From Minisyncoccota bacterium (GTDB taxonomy: Bacteria > Patescibacteriota > Minisyncoccia > UBA6257 > GWB1-50-10), in the NCBI GenBank assembly GCA_020059585.1, contig JAGVBU010000009.1, forward strand, positions 962-64,961: DNA of 64,000 bases. The letters run 5' to 3'. A model generated the notes under the pieces. It did no database searches, had not been told where the DNA came from, and worked only from the letters and a program-made list of their open reading frames with translations. The translations under genes were made by a program, and so were the position numbers. Positions 61,944 to 64,000 of this stretch are shown one piece after another. The number at the start of each line of letters is the position of its first letter. The first letter of the stretch is position 1.

Positions 61944-63845
61944 TTATAAGTCCTGCTCTTTTTTCTTTCGTCCGAAAAAGAAATAGACAAAATATACTAC
62001 AAGAAAAAACAGAAACGCGGCAAGAAATGCGAAAAGATTTCCTGATTCACCGAACGTGATGAAACTCGCCAGTTGATACATTCTTTCGGAAACATCTCCC
62101 ACGATTTTTGTCTCCGCGCGGGGAGTCATAAGAGGACGGGAAAATGTATCCGTATTCGATGCGTTGAGCGCAAACGTATTCCCTTCGATTGAAAGAATTC
62201 CTGCTCCTGATTTTTTAGCGACAAATTTCATGACGGCAAATACCCTCTTTGAATCGAATCCTTCGGGCATTCCCGCGGTTTTCATTATCCTTCCCCGTAT
62301 TTCATCTACCACATCGTATTCGGGGCGAACTACAGGAATCCATCCGTTCCAATACGTTGTCGATTTATATTCCAAAACGTCCGTAGGATAATACATCTCC
62401 ATTCTTGCGGTATAGTTCTTTTCATTGTTTCCGGGCGCAACATTCACCACAAGCATTACTTCCTGACCCTCCACAAGAGTCAAAGACTTCGGATCGATTG
62501 AAAAACTTGCCGCGATATCCGAAGGAATGTATACATCATTGACGCTGATGTCTACCCAATTGTCCGCAAGCATTTCCACGTCTTTCATATCCACCCTCCC
62601 ATCTCTTGTCAGATCCGCATAGTTACCCCATCTATTCTCCCCCCAGTTCACCATAAGCGTATTAAAGTCGAGAGGAACTCTCTCGGTACGCACACCGAGC
62701 ACCTCCCCCTGAGGCACGGGTATATAGATAATCTGAGTAGTAGTCGTATTCGTCGGCACTGGCGGCGGGGATACGGGTTCGTCTCCCAGTCGTATATCGT
62801 CTGAAACTATGCCTGTCTCGATATTATTTGAGTTTCTGTATCTTACGTATACCGTTTTTATTCCGTCGCCCGCAGTAAGAGTCCATGACTTGGAATTTGT
62901 GTAGGGCTCCCATGAAGCATCCAAAAGATCTGATGCGTTTGATATCTTCATTTGGGAAGCACCCGGTCCATTTAACGTAAGCGTCACCGACGTTGTATAT
63001 GTCTTTTCCGCGCCATTATTGATGATTACATTTGCTCCTGATACGGGAGTGATGGGCGTATATGTTCCGCCGCCGCCTCCGCCTCCGCCTCCACCGCCTC
63101 CTCCACCACCTCCCGCAAGTGTTGTCGCGGAAGTCGTCACGAACGGAGACGCAGCCCCACAGGCATTATATATTTTTATCCCAAAATAATACGTAGTAGC
63201 CGCGGAAAGCCCCGTCACCTGAAATGTCTGTGTTTGTCCGGGAGCAGGCGGAGGAACGGCCGCGATTTGCGTCGATATATTGAAAATAGGCTCGGTAATC
63301 TGCACGGTTGCCAGTCTGAGATCAAAATCAGTAAGAGGTGTTTGAAGCGGCGTATTCCAAGAGATGCTTACCGCGCTTGCGGATACGGGCGACGCTGAAA
63401 ATCCCGTCACAGAAAGAGGAGTTTCGCATCCGATTCCCCCGCCTCCTCCTCCGCTTCCCGGAACAACCGTGACAAATACGATTTCAGAAGGCTGACTCAT
63501 CGCATTGTATACACGGATACCAAAATAATATGTGGTATTTTCCGAAAGACCCGATACCTGAAACGATTGATTCTCCCCTGGAATCGGTGGCGGCACATTT
63601 GCAACCTGTGTTGCGATGTTGAAATTCTGGGTAGTAAGAGTCTGAGTACTGTAGCGCAACTCAAAATCGGTGAGCGCAAGATTCCCCGAAGGAGTTACCC
63701 ACGAAAGAGACGCGGTCGTACCGCTTATGCTTCCTACAAAATTTGTCGGCGCCGGAGGCGTTGCCGCCACTGAGATACCCGCTCCGCCTACGAAGACAAT
63801 GGTAATTGCGACCGTGATGATTTTTGCGAATGGTGTATTTTTCAT
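61944..63845 (-). CDS. large secreted multi-domain surface protein: 2 FN3-like + beta-sandwich + dockerin-like Ca-loop + cohesin-like, poly-Gly linkers, C-terminal TM anchor
   Basis: Start at MKNTPFAKIITVAIT (signal). Two repeats ending TTYYFGI(R/K)(V/I)YNA. Linkers G6 and G16. ADLTRDGRVDMKDVEMLADNW is a dockerin/EF-hand-like motif. The C-terminal region is cohesin-like, then hydrophobic helix + GRKKKEQDL. Confidence 0.6.
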   Translation of the reverse strand: MKNTPFAKIITVAITIVFVGGAGISVAATPPAPTNFVGSISGTTASLSWVTPSGNLALTDFELRYSTQTLTTQNFNIATQVANVPPPIPGENQSFQVSGLSENTTYYFGIRVYNAMSQPSEIVFVTVVPGSGGGGGGIGCETPLSVTGFSASPVSASAVSISWNTPLQTPLTDFDLRLATVQITEPIFNISTQIAAVPPPAPGQTQTFQVTGLSAATTYYFGIKIYNACGAASPFVTTSATTLAGGGGGGGGGGGGGGGGTYTPITPVSGANVIINNGAEKTYTTSVTLTLNGPGASQMKISNASDLLDASWEPYTNSKSWTLTAGDGIKTVYVRYRNSNNIETGIVSDDIRLGDEPVSPPPVPTNTTTTQIIYIPVPQGEVLGVRTERVPLDFNTLMVNWGENRWGNYADLTRDGRVDMKDVEMLADNWVDISVNDVYIPSDIAASFSIDPKSLTLVEGQEVMLVVNVAPGNNEKNYTARMEMYYPTDVLEYKSTTYWNGWIPVVRPEYDVVDEIRGRIMKTAGMPEGFDSKRVFAVMKFVAKKSGAGILSIEGNTFALNASNTDTFSRPLMTPRAETKIVGDVSERMYQLASFITFGESGNLFAFLAAFLFFLVVYFVYFFFGRKKKEQDL

Positions 63846-64000
63846 ATGCAATAAAATGCACGAATATAGTAGCATAGGTATAAATAAATGTCAATACCCC
63901 GATATAAAAAACCCTCGGCAAAAGCCAAGGGTTCCCCTTTCGGGAAAATAATTTATTTCTGAAGAATCATACTTTTTGTCTCTATGTAATTTTCTGTAGT

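Overview
Window of compact, housekeeping-rich bacterial chromosome, most likely from a reduced-genome lineage.

Basis for that guess (inference only): many proteins are short forms, e.g. Rel 564 aa, trigger factor 343 aa, UvrC 396 aa without the HhH domain, TruB 219 aa, ATP synthase delta 128 aa and epsilon 84 aa. Intergenic spacers are tight.

No rRNA, CRISPR array, transposase or integrase is visible.

Recognisable content, by region:
- **Nucleotide metabolism and stress:** 3' end of a class IV aminotransferase; cytidine deaminase plus a long tandem-type ThyX; HtpX; a DUF2207/LemA pair; groES-groEL with a CIRCE-like operator; Rel/SpoT.
- **Partitioning and tRNAs:** parB and parA separated by an unusual 434-bp spacer, with tRNA-Ala and tRNA-Leu immediately upstream of parA.
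- **Long minus-strand gene string:** nth, rsmE, a four-gene tripartite ABC exporter (MFP, ATPase, two FtsX-type permeases), hpf and hisS.
- **Small accessory cluster:** membrane protein, GT2 glycosyltransferase and small hypotheticals.
- **ATP synthase:** complete F1Fo operon atpBEFHAGDC on the minus strand, with a small beta-carbonic-anhydrase-like protein and an RRM protein downstream.
- **Central genes:** an ATP-cone::PD-(D/E)xK nuclease; tig; a TspO fusion; nagZ; typA; add; truB; rlmH; an Nramp-like transporter; tRNA-Lys; an AlkD-like glycosylase; thpR; def-fmt; nfo; uvrC; patatin; uvrA; uppP.
- **Surface protein:** a large FN3/cohesin/dockerin-like protein with poly-Gly linkers.

Most unexplained signals:
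- a 371-bp structured non-coding gap between convergent genes (candidate ncRNA);
- a 41-bp perfect palindrome;
- an isolated three-gene small-membrane-protein operon bracketed by terminators;
- the standalone ATP-cone nuclease;
- several domain fusions (TspO, DUF2892, ParB/Srx-like).

Corrected start coordinates are my own choices over the ORF-track starts. They are justified in each feature's evidence and should be treated as approximate (about one codon).
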